Source: Basidiobolus meristosporus CBS 931.73
Taxonomy: Eukaryota > Fungi > Basidiobolomycota
DNA length: 64,000 bases
Assembly (NCBI GenBank): GCA_002104905.1
Contig: MCFE01000114.1
Coordinates: forward strand, 1-64,000
Direction: 5' to 3'
This document shows positions 1-11,475 of this stretch, one piece after another (the first letter of the stretch is position 1; the number at the start of each line of letters is the position of its first letter). Made by a program: the position numbers and the translations under genes. The notes under the pieces are model-generated. The model saw only the letters and a list, made by a program, of their open reading frames with translations, made no database searches and was not told the DNA's origin.

Positions 1-333
1 ATTCAAATGACATTCTTATACTTGTTACTTGTGATTAGCTTTTTACGTGCACACACCTGTATCATTATCAGAACTGCGGGCACTAATATTAGATATTTGC
101 TTGCGTACTAAAATATGAACCCTCAGTCTTGAGTGATGCTGCCCTCCACCGAAAAGTTGGATATTAGAGAGAATATATAGGCTACATGGTAGTATCTGGT
201 AGTGTTACCGAATTGATCTCGGTAACACAAATATTCGAGATGGTCAGACTGCTCAGTGACTGTTAGCATTGTGATATCTCCTCTCAAGGTTGCTGCAATC
301 ATTTTTATGCAAGCTTTAGAAACATTATAAAAG

Positions 334-379
334 TGGTGAGGGTGGGGTTCGAACGCACGCCTCCGAAGAGACTGCGACC
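334..379 (-). pseudogene. 3' half of a tRNA-Leu-like gene (anticodon 3' strand, long variable arm, T arm, acceptor 3' strand); 5' half absent
   Basis: The minus strand reads GGTCGCAGTCTCTTCGGAGGCGTGCGTTCGAACCCCACCCTCACCA, which resembles the 3' half of eukaryotic tRNA-Leu(CAG) with a GTTCGAAC B box. No matching D arm or 5' acceptor strand lies upstream, and the T stem has a mismatch. Confidence 0.6.
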
Positions 380-971
380 GGCCTACTACCCCGTCGAATC
401 CACTGCTGTTGGTTATGAAATGACCAATGCACAAATCTAGGAGATATTGCCTAGTAATGAATTCAACCCGAGAAAAGGGCTACTTTATACGGGACAAACT
501 AGACTGGTTTCAGTTTTGGAACGTGATCATATGAGCACTTGCGCAAGTGGAAAAATATAATCTATATGTAACAAAGGTGAGCCTTCAGCTTGGACCAACA
601 CAAGTAAATACGCAATTTCAAAATAGTGTTAGAACATACACTATGTACATAATCCAAGAATGTGATACGGTTGCTCATAATTGGATGACTTTTCTTTACG
701 ATATCGTAGTCAGTCAGGTGCATGTACCTAAAATACAAAAATGTTAGAAATTAAGCGTATTTCGAGCACACCGGCTTGACAGACTAAACATCCAGGTGGA
801 TTACCAAAGGGGATTTCCAATTTAATATAGAGTCGCCAGTACCTGCATATTGTATGGCTTACAAACTTAGTGATTGGTAGTGGTGGGAACCAAGAAGGTC
901 GGCCGGGACTACACATAAACGAATATAAAGCCCAAAGAGGAGTGTTCATTCAGGAAACACTCAATAACAAA

Positions 972-1475
972 ACGCTTTTCAGAAATATCCTCTTAGCCAG
1001 TGCTTTGGTGGTCTCCATGCTTGCATCCTCTTTTGCCGCTCCTCTTGACCGCAACCAGCCCGGTATTACGGCAACCCCCGAGTATGTGGAGCTATATAAA
1101 GATGTAAAGGCGTGTAGTGAAGAGTTTCCATCTTCACTCAAGACCATTCCCGCTGGTAAGGAATTAAGGTTCGCGGAATGTGTGAAGATGATCCAGGAGT
1201 TTACTCAAAGCCTGGGAACACCGAGCAATAGCGTGGTAAAGCGTGCTCTTGACGCGACTAATGGGGTGGATGTATTTTTCGATGCCCTGGATCGCCTTGA
1301 GAAGACAGCAAAAAGCTGGAAGAACTCAAATCTAGTCTGTGGGGTTACTAAGCAAGAAGGCGGCAAGGATATTTGCGACTGTACCAAAGGTTACTGCTGG
1401 AGAAGAGTAAGTTGGCATGAAATTTCTTGTACAGAAACAGTAACTTGCAAGGAATTTAGTGCCATGGTGGAGTAG
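972..1475 (+). CDS. Secreted cysteine-containing protein of unknown function; apparent start codon is ACG (972) or start-loss allele
   Basis: Open frame 870-1475. A signal-peptide-like LFRNILLASALVVSMLASSFA begins right after the in-frame AAA-ACG at 972. TATAAA at 924-929. Cys-rich C-terminus CDCTKGYCW...C...C. Confidence 0.6.
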   Translation, partial: TLFRNILLASALVVSMLASSFAAPLDRNQPGITATPEYVELYKDVKACSEEFPSSLKTIPAGKELRFAECVKMIQEFTQSLGTPSNSVVKRALDATNGVDVFFDALDRLEKTAKSWKNSNLVCGVTKQEGGKDICDCTKGYCWRRVSWHEISCTETVTCKEFSAMVE

Positions 1476-2026
1476 GGATTATCTCGTTTGGTATTGGATA
1501 TGCAGCACCCTCGCAAAGTGCACCAGAGTGGTGTTACATCACAATATTCAAAGGTAGTATATAGATATCATTCAGTAAGTTTGCACCCTTACTAAAGTTA
1601 AAGTCTTTTTGCAGTGGCTCCGAATATCAGAAATGTACCAAGGACTCAGACTGTGTTTTTGACAAAACTAGTTGCGCCAAGAACTACAGTGCCATCTTCC
1701 AAGCATCCCTATTCCCAACGTCTGCTTTCTCTTTTTTCAGTGTCTAATGCTAGCTCTATACTATAAAGGACTGACTAAGGATGCATAGCACTTGGTTGAT
1801 ATTAAATGCTGATTACTGTCTCGCTTACGAGAATCACTAGCTAGGCATAAGGTTTGGGGTCATTTTTTAAGTAGCAACTGGCGAGGCAACCAGGCTAAAT
1901 CAATCTAGCTTGCATGTTTGGGAAGCAGTGTTATGCACATTGTTAATGAGGTACTCGTTGGATCATTGAGTCAGAGAAAAGCTTCAAATGGTTTATTTCG
2001 ACCACAAAAAAAACAACACTTCAGAA

Positions 2027-3647
2027 TTAGCAAGCACCTAGGTCAGTCCACACATTCTGACTGTTATTTCCGGGGGTATCATTCTGGGTCCACCATTTTG
2101 CCTGCCAGATATGGCCATTGTAGGTTACCTTCTGTGCTCCGTTGTACGCCTGTGATGATTTCCAGGCATCAACTCCACTGCAGACACCAGTTCCTGGGGT
2201 AGGGGTACCAGAGGGAGCAGAAGTGGTAGTGGGTTTAGTAGCCGAAGAACTGGTTGTAGGCTTTGTAGCTGAAGAGGTAGTGGAGCTGCTGGGGGTTGTA
2301 GTGGTCGCTGTCACAGGCGGCTGAGTGGTATTTGGCTGACGAACAACCTGAATGGCATTCAAAAGCTCATCATTAGAGTCATTTGTCATATCCCAAAACA
2401 TGACCCCGCGGTATCCCTGCTGCTTGGAATATTCGGCCTTAACCTTCAACGACTGAGGGTCATCGTAAGATATGTACATCTTATTGCTTGAGCCGAATAG
2501 CCAGGGGGTCTGCGTTACATTATCCCAGTAACGATTCCAGCCGCTGATGGGACTGGATGGTCCATTCTTGAGAATCTCACTGCGAAGGTACTTCCATGCC
2601 CAAAGCCCACCGTAGACGGACCCTTCGTTACAAAAAGCATTTGGCTCGTTGGAATCTGATGGGTCTCCTTTAGGCACGGTGGGTGACTTGGAAACGTATT
2701 GGTTGGATGGGTTCGAGTTCATGTCCACAATAGCGGTCAGTGATCGGCCATAAAATGGCAGGCCCATCACCAGCTTGTTGGCTGGCCATTTGGCATTTAG
2801 CCAGGCCTTCGAAGCTTGGCGGAATGAAAATGGGTCTCCGCCTTTGGTATCATAGTCAAATGGAGCGTTGGGGCCAGTGGTGGCAGACCAGCCACCATTG
2901 ATGTCGTATGCCATAACGTTAATAAAGTCAAAGTAGGGGGCAAATGCCGAGACATCGTTGAGTGGATTGCCTCCAGGTCCATCAAAAGGTTGAACCCTGA
3001 CAGCCGCAGTTATAAGCTTGTGCTCGGTAGGGAATTCCTTGTCAAGCGCGGCACGTAATTCTTTTAGGAGTGTCAGGTAATTCGCGGAATCTGCAGCATC
3101 GTACACATTGCACACGGCTCCTTCTCTGGCTGGGTATTCCCAGTCAATGTCAATTCCATCCAAGTCCCATCCGTCCGGAGTTTGTCCTTCAGGCTTCGTG
3201 TTTTTGCGAACAAAAACGAGGGCATTATTGATGAATTTCTGGCGAAGAAGTGGATCGCGAGCTACGAGCGAGAACGTCTGACTTCCTGTCCAACCGCCTA
3301 TTGAAATTTGCACCTTGACGCCTTTGGGGGTAGCTAGTTGCTTTAATTGACGAATGGCGGTACCGTCATAATCCGCGTCGATAAAGATATTCGTAGGGTC
3401 GTCTTTCTTCGTCAAGACACCGAAGCCTTTGAAAAATAGTGAGTGGTAGAAAATGGCTGCTACCCTACAGCCGAATAGACTTACCGTAATTGATGTGAGT
3501 GACCTTGTCATAGCTGAGCTGACTGGGCTGAACATTCCCCCAAGGAACATAGTATCCAACAATCACCTTATCATCCGCGGCTAGCGCCGATGGGGAAAGA
3601 ATGATGGTAACGGAGAGAGCGGAAAGAAGAAACCCAGTGAACTTCAT
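2027..3647 (-). CDS. Secreted GH18 chitinase with Ser/Thr/Pro linker and C-terminal CBM5/12-type chitin-binding module; exons 3647-3485 and 3426-2027
   Basis: Signal peptide MKFTGFLLSAL; SIGGW motif; catalytic DGIDIDWEYP; MAYD; WDM; C-terminal AWKSSQAYNGAQKVTYNGHIWQAKWWTQ. A 58-bp GTAAGT..AG intron (3484-3427) joins INYG/FGVL in frame. Confidence 0.93.
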
Positions 3648-5945
3648 GATGTTGTTGCTATTTTCGAAAGCTCAGATGGATTCTTATACTTTCTGTTGAA
3701 GTGAAGATACAGGACAGAGCGAGAGGTGGAGGTACAGAAAAGCTGGCAAGCAGCAAGAATACCAGATGTTAATTATTCCAAATAAAGGAGATCGCTGATG
3801 ATCCCGTTGCACACCCACTCATGAAACAGTCTCTTTTACAATATTTAGTCTAGCACAAACAAGACGACTCACCTTCATCTACATAACTAAATTCCCTCAC
3901 TCGCAATACATATGTATATACCTACCTTGAACCGCTATGCGATACTAACCTCTATTCCCATTTTGCCCTGTCCTTGAAGAACTACAAACAAGGAGTACTA
4001 CATCAACAGGTAGGCTTTACTTGGAGTGTCAAGCTGATACCGGGCCAGAATGAGCCAGCCTATATATAGCTAAATTTGGCATTCACGCCAGTTTATTTGT
4101 AGGACAAGGGAAGCAGTTTGGACGTAAGTGCGGTTTAATATTGTATCTTTCCGATGCCCAAAGTAGAAACCTGTCTTGTCAATGAATAAGTGTGCACCCC
4201 ACTTTCTTCCGGTAGTCCCAAACCGCTCCATCAAATTTGAGTAACAATGACGAAGTGATTGGCGTACGTATGATACTGGGACAATTCCCGATAGGACCCA
4301 GGTCAAGAAGGTGAAGGTGACAAAATAGGGCGCGAGAATTATGGCCTCGTACGTATGTAGATGGGTGCGGGCGCAGATGAAGAGAAGCAGACATTATGCT
4401 AGATAAGATACACTTGGATTTACTGTAGGCATTGAACGGATTTCTCACTACACAGCGGATGTAGTGAGATAAAAAACGATTGGTGTGAATTTTAGCCTAG
4501 ATGCTAAATTAATGTGAAACTACACAATTGAATGATTGAGTATGGCAATGATCGCTACAGTATGACCCTCCTTCGCCTTATGCATACAACCTGTACCATG
4601 CCTGTTGATATCACTGTTGAATCTAATTAGCAAGTGTTCTGAGCAACCGCGTTGGGCGTCGAAATATCGCTTTCACAACAGAAATATCCAAGATATGATT
4701 GCTCTGTAACCCAACACTAAATCGAAATCACTAAGCTTCAAAATGAATACTATGGAGGATGTGTTGAGCAATAGCTATAAACAACAAACGGGTCGATAAA
4801 TCAGAAACATCTATAAATACGTTGTTCAATTGCGAACAGCATCTCTCTCCTCTGTCGCTGCTTCATTGACTAAAGCAAATTCGTGGCCTCTATTGGTTTT
4901 GACGATGTCAACCATTCTGTTCATAGGTACCCAGTCAATGAATATCCAGCCAGAATTGGAAAAGAGCATAGTAAGTGGCAGGGTTTGTATATTGGTTTAT
5001 TGTATGATATTCCACAACTCTAACCGTCGAGGAAACTATTGAATCTTAAACCACAGAGACAATGAATAAATTACTAACCTACATTGCTGGATCAGAAATA
5101 ACAATACTGTTGTGCATGGCAAAGATGGAATGTGATGGAGATTTAACTAGATTTTGGGCTAAATGGAAATACTGGTGAACATCAATGTCACAAGTATAAA
5201 TATCCAAAATAGCAATTGTTCGGGCTGTACCATTTACTACAACTAACTGCCAAGGAAAATCGGTCAATGATTGAGCTGGTGTCACAAATAGCACGTTGTA
5301 GACCACTGATCAGAGAGGAATTCAGCCTATTCTAAATTGGGTTAGGTTTGCGTGTTGAAGCTTTTGAAACCTGCTTCCTTTGGGTGGATTTTACAGTCAA
5401 CCAGGACTGTCACCAACGTGGGAATCTTGATTTGATTAAATACTGCTACTAGAAAGCGTGGAGCCTTTGGTGTTATTACAAAGTCGCAAAGCATATTGCA
5501 TAGTCATTGTGTTTTTGAAGCCTTCCATGTATAATGGCTTTCCTTCACTCTCCCCTTATGTTATTAGTGCATTTGTATCTAACTATTAATCAAGCCAAGC
5601 TTGTTTTGACCTAAGGACTACCTTCGTAATTCCAGTTACTTGAATACATCTTGCTAACATATTCAGCCCGCTCAACTACTGTAACATGACTGTTGCTGCA
5701 GACGTCTTGGCTCCCAGGCTCGAAGACAGTGATGGAAGGAACTTTGGGTTTGCTTTAAACTATCCATCTATGTGTGTTTCCGGCAGAGGAAGCCCTGATT
5801 AGTGAATTTCCCGACCACACTATGTGATAGTCTGTCAGCTGACCGTAGCAAGCATCGGCCCAAACAGTAAGCTGCCCAAACGTGGTATGACCCGCAGTGT
5901 TGTTCTAACTACTGCTATTATCCATCTATTAAATTACCTTTACTA

Positions 5946-7697
5946 ATGTATCTTATATATCCTGAATCACAAAAAGTAGTCATGGCGCGTAACCCTAACC
6001 CTGATATTGATCTTGCCCATCAATATTCACTCAAATATCTCAAAAATTGGAATTTGAAGCTGAAACTTTGGATATGCCTCCAAAACCTCAACAGGAGCCT
6101 ACTACATCTGAAAAGAAGGCTCTCAATTGCTTTGGTGAGTCTGCCAAGATACACTTGCCAACTGTGGAAACAAAGGAACTATCAAGAGATAATGAAGAAC
6201 TGGCACACTCTGAAAGCTTACTTTTCTGTTCAAATGCACTTGGAGTACTGAGATTACTCCAATGGAAGATATGCTGGACTAGCACAGGACTCCTTTTCCT
6301 CCAGCACTCTCTTCTTCCTAGTTTCTCATTAGGCTTGCCCCCCCTATCTGCTTCATCAACATGAAATGTTTCTATTACTGCTTGGATATTCCTTCTCCTC
6401 CACCTTCAATATCTGCCAGTCCACTCTCTTTGCCACTAAAAAGTACTTCTTCACCAGACTGTATTTCTGCTACTGCTCTCCCAGTTACCAGCACTTCTAC
6501 TGATGCATTGCACTAAAGATTCCTTGCAATTGTGAAGAGAATCTCTGATTCAGAAGCTGTTGTTACTATTTTGACTACTGAAAATAAGAGACTCAATGAC
6601 CAATGCCAAAAGCTTATGAATGAAGCCATCACTGTCTTGAAAACTGCCCAAAATACCATGCTAAAAGCTTCTTCACAGCACTAATATCTTTCCATTGCTG
6701 CCCTGCCTTAGCCTGCTGTTTCTATTCATGAGCATAATCATATGCCACAGAAAAGTTACTTTGGTTTGCTGCAAAACAACTGGATAGCAAATTCTGCTCT
6801 TCCTAAAGAATCTGCTTCTGCTGACATGTTCCAGATCATTGCACCTCCTGCCCCAGCTTCTGTCTTGTCACCTGCACCAGCTGCCTGTACTGCTAGAAAT
6901 ACTGCCACTTTAACCCTGACCTATGCAGGTATGGGTCTATTAAGGATCATAAACACATCCAGCTCCAATACTAATCTGCAAGATTCCTCAGGCAAAGCTT
7001 CAACTAATATCCCAAACCCCTCTCAGACTACTGCTGCAGTCCCAATACAATCAGGAAGTGCATAGTAGCCCCCAGTTGACCTACTACTTGCTTCTACCTG
7101 GACTGTCAAGTCCCCAAAGCCAGTGCCCTGGACCACCATATCCAATATCAGGAAAGCACCTAAGGCCTGTATTATTAAGCTCTCTAGAATAGCCAGCCTG
7201 GACTGGTGAAAGGGGAAGATTTTAGAAGTTATCTTGAACCAAAACATTGCTGATCATGCTGCTGCCTTTGTGCAAAAAGAACCTTGACTGGCTGAAGTCT
7301 GATTTCAAGATAGTCACCACTTAATCTGAAAACTCTGACTCACTGCTATTTGACAAGCCCCTAGTTTATGTTGTCATCATGTCTTTGCTTACTGCAATTA
7401 AGTGACAAGCTCCCAGCTATGATGCGACCTACTTGCTCAAGGATCAAGCAATACCAAGTCTGTCTGACTGTCTGAAAATTGTTACTTGACAATATCCACT
7501 TCCAGCCATCAAGAGTAGCACTTGAGAGACTTCTTTAAAGGTTGTACTACTTTGTCTGATTAATTTCAAGCTACCTTCTACACTGTTAACAAGCTTTTGT
7601 TGCTTCTCTACTACTAGAAAAATAATACCTCTGCTATCTGCTTCATCTCCTCTGTCATAAATAATCCTTAGCACTGTGTCCAGTGCTCTGCTGTGTT
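5946..7697. mobile_element. Decayed transposon-like sequence, family not assignable
   Basis: Almost no CpG over about 1.7 kb, fragmented stop-interrupted plus-strand ORFs, and a solo LTR inserted at its right end. Confidence 0.35.
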
Positions 7698-7702
7698 ACT
7701 CC

Positions 7703-8050
7703 TGTTGCAATATTCTGAGGAGTATTGGAAGTGATGTGGAGAACTAGAGGAATTACATGTTATTTGCTTAAAATTTATTGATCAAATGTATGGTATTTAC
7801 ACTTTTGATAAAGTAGAGCAAACAAACGTGTAAAGTTTGTTAAGGAAAGTCCCAAGAATATGTTTGCAAAGCTTGGGGGCTTTTGGACAACTTTGAGAAA
7901 GATTATAATCTGGGTACCTGACAACTTTGTGAAAATATTCTAAGTAAATTGCAACAAGAAATTTGGTCAGGACAGAATGCTAGTCAAAGAATAAGATCTA
8001 TGTGACTAAGTTAGCATGAATATTTAGGTGATAACTTAATAATTACAACA
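7703..8050 (-). mobile_element. Solo LTR (348 bp) of the Copia family seen at 58-60 kb
   Basis: Ends TGTTGCAA...TTACAACA, flanked by a perfect 5-bp direct repeat ACTCC (7698-7702 and 8051-8055). Shares internal blocks (tattggaagtgat.tggagaac, gtcccaaga, ctgggtacctga, aatattctaagtaaat, gtgactaagtt) with 59314-59662 and 60260-60608. Confidence 0.8.
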
Positions 8051-8059
8051 ACTCCAAGT

Positions 8060-8763
8060 CTCCCCCCAGGAAGAAAATGATGTGTGCTGGAGGGTTCAGT
8101 GACACTAAAAATCTATATTGAAACCAATCATATTGCTTGGAGAACTCAACACTCCCCATTCTGCAACAAGTCAAATATAACCGTAAGAATGAAGCCAAAG
8201 TCTACATCTCCATTGAACCCCTCAAGGAGATCCATCTACAGTTGTAGGGTGCTCAAGCTGTGGACAGATGTTAAGTAGATCTAAACTGCTGCTGCTGCTG
8301 CTCTCTACTTTGCAAGTGAAGTCAAGCCCTATTCTGAGGCCAAGTTGGGATCTTTCAGAGCTATTAATCACCCATTATAGTCCCTCACTATGCATTCTGT
8401 TATGGAGAAGAAGCTGTCAAGACTCATTGTTCTCTCCAACAATGCAACCAAAAGTCCAAAGATGGGCTTTGGGCACCATCATATTCTTCTTGATGTAAGC
8501 ATTATTAGCTGTGACAACCTGCTTCTAAGAGACCGGGATAGGTGAAAAGTTGATGGCTGTAAAGAACTCAATGGAAGTATGGTATGTAGCACTATCACAG
8601 TGAGCTCCAGATATGATTTGCTATTCATTGAAGCATTTATTTGAATGCTTACCTGCTTGTCTGATTGGTATATTTTGATGCGCATTTGAACATGCATATA
8701 TGATGGTTGCGGCAGGACTAACATTGTCATTTCTTTAAACTTGGCTAGAAACATATCCAACAA
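8060..8763 (-). mobile_element. Possible decayed retrotransposon gag-like fragment
   Basis: CpG-free and stop-riddled. One frame gives YDGAQSPSLDFWL, reminiscent of a gag capsid FDG...W motif. Weak. Confidence 0.25.
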
Positions 8764-9527
8764 ATTGCTCGTACTTTTGACGGTTTACTATTTGATAAGT
8801 AGCAATCGGAAATTTACCATTTTTGGAAAACTTGGTGGTACGGATTTGTACTGATGTTGTGAGAGGTGTTTGGGGGTCTTTTGGATAACTATTTATAAGC
8901 TCACGCCATTTCTAGGATAATGACCAAGCGTGATATATGAGTAGCTGGAGGTAGCAACCACAGGCAAATTTTTGAAAGTCTCAAACAGGGTTGAAGATGT
9001 CATATGAAGTAACCAAGAATGTGAGTCACTGTTGGCACTATGGTAATGTTAAGTAACTAAAGAGTTGAAATGGTAGCTCGCATAATATCATTTAAATTGA
9101 TGATAACAATTAAATATACTTTTGATGATTTTAATCAACTTTCCTTAGAATATTCGAGACTGATTGCATTGCCTACGCCTTGTACGTCGAAATTAGAAAA
9201 TTTTATAGACTCTGTATCAGCAACCCTATTTAATTCTAACCTAAATGCTGTGGATCTGGTTCACGTTTTGATAAAGGCAAACACGTGTGACTTCCAGCCG
9301 TACAAAATTAACGTAATCCATGACGTTCCAGCAAATCACCTTACTAAACAGAGCATGTTCCTGTTTCACATATCCCGATGTGAGAATGTGGATTAAATTG
9401 TCATGATTGACGTACACAGGAGCAATCATCCGTCCTCCTGAATCGAGCAATTCTTCAATGCTCCCGATGGTAAGAAAATGCGCTAGAAGTACTTAAGGAG
9501 CCGTTAGACCCCACCATTAGAGCAAAC

Positions 9528-10136
9528 ATGAAATCCTTCATCCATACCCTAACCACCATTGTCGCCGCGATCGGAGTTACCGGGGCGCTGTCAGTGTGTC
9601 CATCGCCACCGCCATCATATAACCTTGATGTCACTAAATACCAAGGAAAATGGTACGAAATCGGAACAACGTGGACAGTCTACAACACGTTCGAGAAAGA
9701 TTGCAAATGCGTTACTGCCAACTACACGCTACAGGAAAATGGAACCGTTCAGGTCAACAACACATGCGTGAACACCAACACCAACATCCCCAAGTCCATT
9801 ATTGGCACGGCCCAGCAGACAGACCCACAAAACAATCCGGGTTACCTCAACGTCACTTTTCCTTCTAGCGAGCAGAGCTGGCTTAGCAGGTTGATGGACC
9901 GTCTGGATTTGGGGCCCAACTATATGGTGATAAACATCTGGGGTGACTATGAGATCGCCTTTGTAGGCTCCACTTGCAAATCAGCATTCTGGATTCTCGC
10001 TCGTCAACCCGTGTTGGATGAATCCAAGTACCAAGAGGTAGTAGAATACGCAAGTGGATTGGGTTACAACTTCAAACTATTCGATTTTAAGAAAACTATT
10101 CAAGGGGGTGATAACTGCCAAGACCAATCATCTTAA
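9528..10136 (+). CDS. Secreted lipocalin (ApoD/Blc-like), intronless, 202 aa
   Basis: Signal peptide; SCR1 DVTKYQGKWYEIG; CVTANYTL; NYMVI...DYE; SCR3 FWILARQP; C-terminal NC. Confidence 0.88.
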   Translation: MKSFIHTLTTIVAAIGVTGALSVCPSPPPSYNLDVTKYQGKWYEIGTTWTVYNTFEKDCKCVTANYTLQENGTVQVNNTCVNTNTNIPKSIIGTAQQTDPQNNPGYLNVTFPSSEQSWLSRLMDRLDLGPNYMVINIWGDYEIAFVGSTCKSAFWILARQPVLDESKYQEVVEYASGLGYNFKLFDFKKTIQGGDNCQDQSS

Positions 10137-11475
10137 ACACAAATGAATTGTATATTTAATGAATCCCAATAAACACCATAGCTAAACAAATGGACATTAA
10201 CTCCCATTGCCTAATGCTCAGATTTATTATGACTGCACCGTTGAATGATCATGGAAACCTCGAGATATTGGAAAACTGCCTAGGGTGGGTAGGATAACTC
10301 CCGGGGTGAATTGGTTCTAGCATTCTTGCTACCACGAAAGCAATCCGTCCAAGTACAAAGATTGAGTGAGCCTATTTCAAGTAAATCGCAATGTCTGGCT
10401 CAGCAGCCCGAGTACCAACTCAGAGGAATTTTGGCTTGACATCCTTTTCCTAACTCACCCTAAATTAAAAAAATTGATTTCATAGACCAGGAATCTTAGT
10501 GCAACAAGTAGTATTCAATGAATAAGTAGCAGTCATCTTTATATGGGCCCAGCCATGGGAATGAAGTATTGGGCTGAAACCTGGTTAGATATTCAAGACT
10601 CCTATCCCCTGTACATTCAAAACTTACTACTTTGCAATAAATATTATCAATGTAGTAGATCTCAACTCTCTTTGTATTCAACAGCTCCTGTGGGGTTTTT
10701 CCTTGAGTCAATACTAAAACAAGCAATATCTCAAAGATTAACAATGCAGGTAATGCATACTTTAAAGGATTATTCACTACTGCATTCAGGTCAAGATTGA
10801 GATTTTAATAATAGGAGGATAGAGCGGGTGACAATTCACCCATTTGTGAAGTTGGGATAAGACTAAGATTATTGTTGTTAATGCTTACTCTAACCTGGAC
10901 TAGGGGCAAAACAGAATGTCCGGAGTGCTTAGGGTAAGGGCTAAACATTGTAGGGTTGAATAGTGACCAATGCGCAATGATTTTTCTTTTTTGGAAATAT
11001 TAGTCTCAGATCATACATACATCTTTAGTTAGGCTTCAATCGGCCAAATTTCATATGGTACTAATTATAAACAATTATTTCAACCTATTCTAACCTTTGC
11101 TACAACACCTAAACCCAGATCCTTATCACGGTTTAGTTGAGATAGCAAAATTTGCCCATAAACTTGCAAAAACTTCAGATACTTGCCACACAAGAACCCA
11201 AGATCTACCAAACAACGAATCAACCAGATGGAAGAGCAAAGAAAGTACTGTAAATATCATTTGGTTTTTCACAAAACGATCAAGTCCAAGTCAGAGCTTT
11301 CCTCTCGATTACATGTTTAGTTTATGAAGTACAACGATAAATATAAATGCTCTAGTGACTACTTCTATCATACGGTCCTCTTCAAGACCCAAGTTCACTT
11401 TTGGCCCTAATGCTTAACAGATGTTCTATCGGATCCAGAATACTTATCACCTTCTAGTTTGTTGTATGCGTCGCC

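Noticed and set aside
123-949. Short ORFs at 123-434, 547-747 and 728-949
   Set aside because: No recognisable motifs, non-ATG or weak starts, and intergenic composition.
2225-2300. Short tandem repeat encoding SSSATKPTT twice
   Set aside because: Ordinary Ser/Thr linker between the GH18 domain and the CBM.
4070-5306. Short ORFs upstream of the chitinase and a TATA-like site near 4812
   Set aside because: No coherent reading frame or homology recognisable by eye.
10304-10841. 10-bp inverted repeat GGGTGAATTG/CAATTCACCC suggesting a MITE
   Set aside because: Too short, no TSD found, and no second copy in the window.
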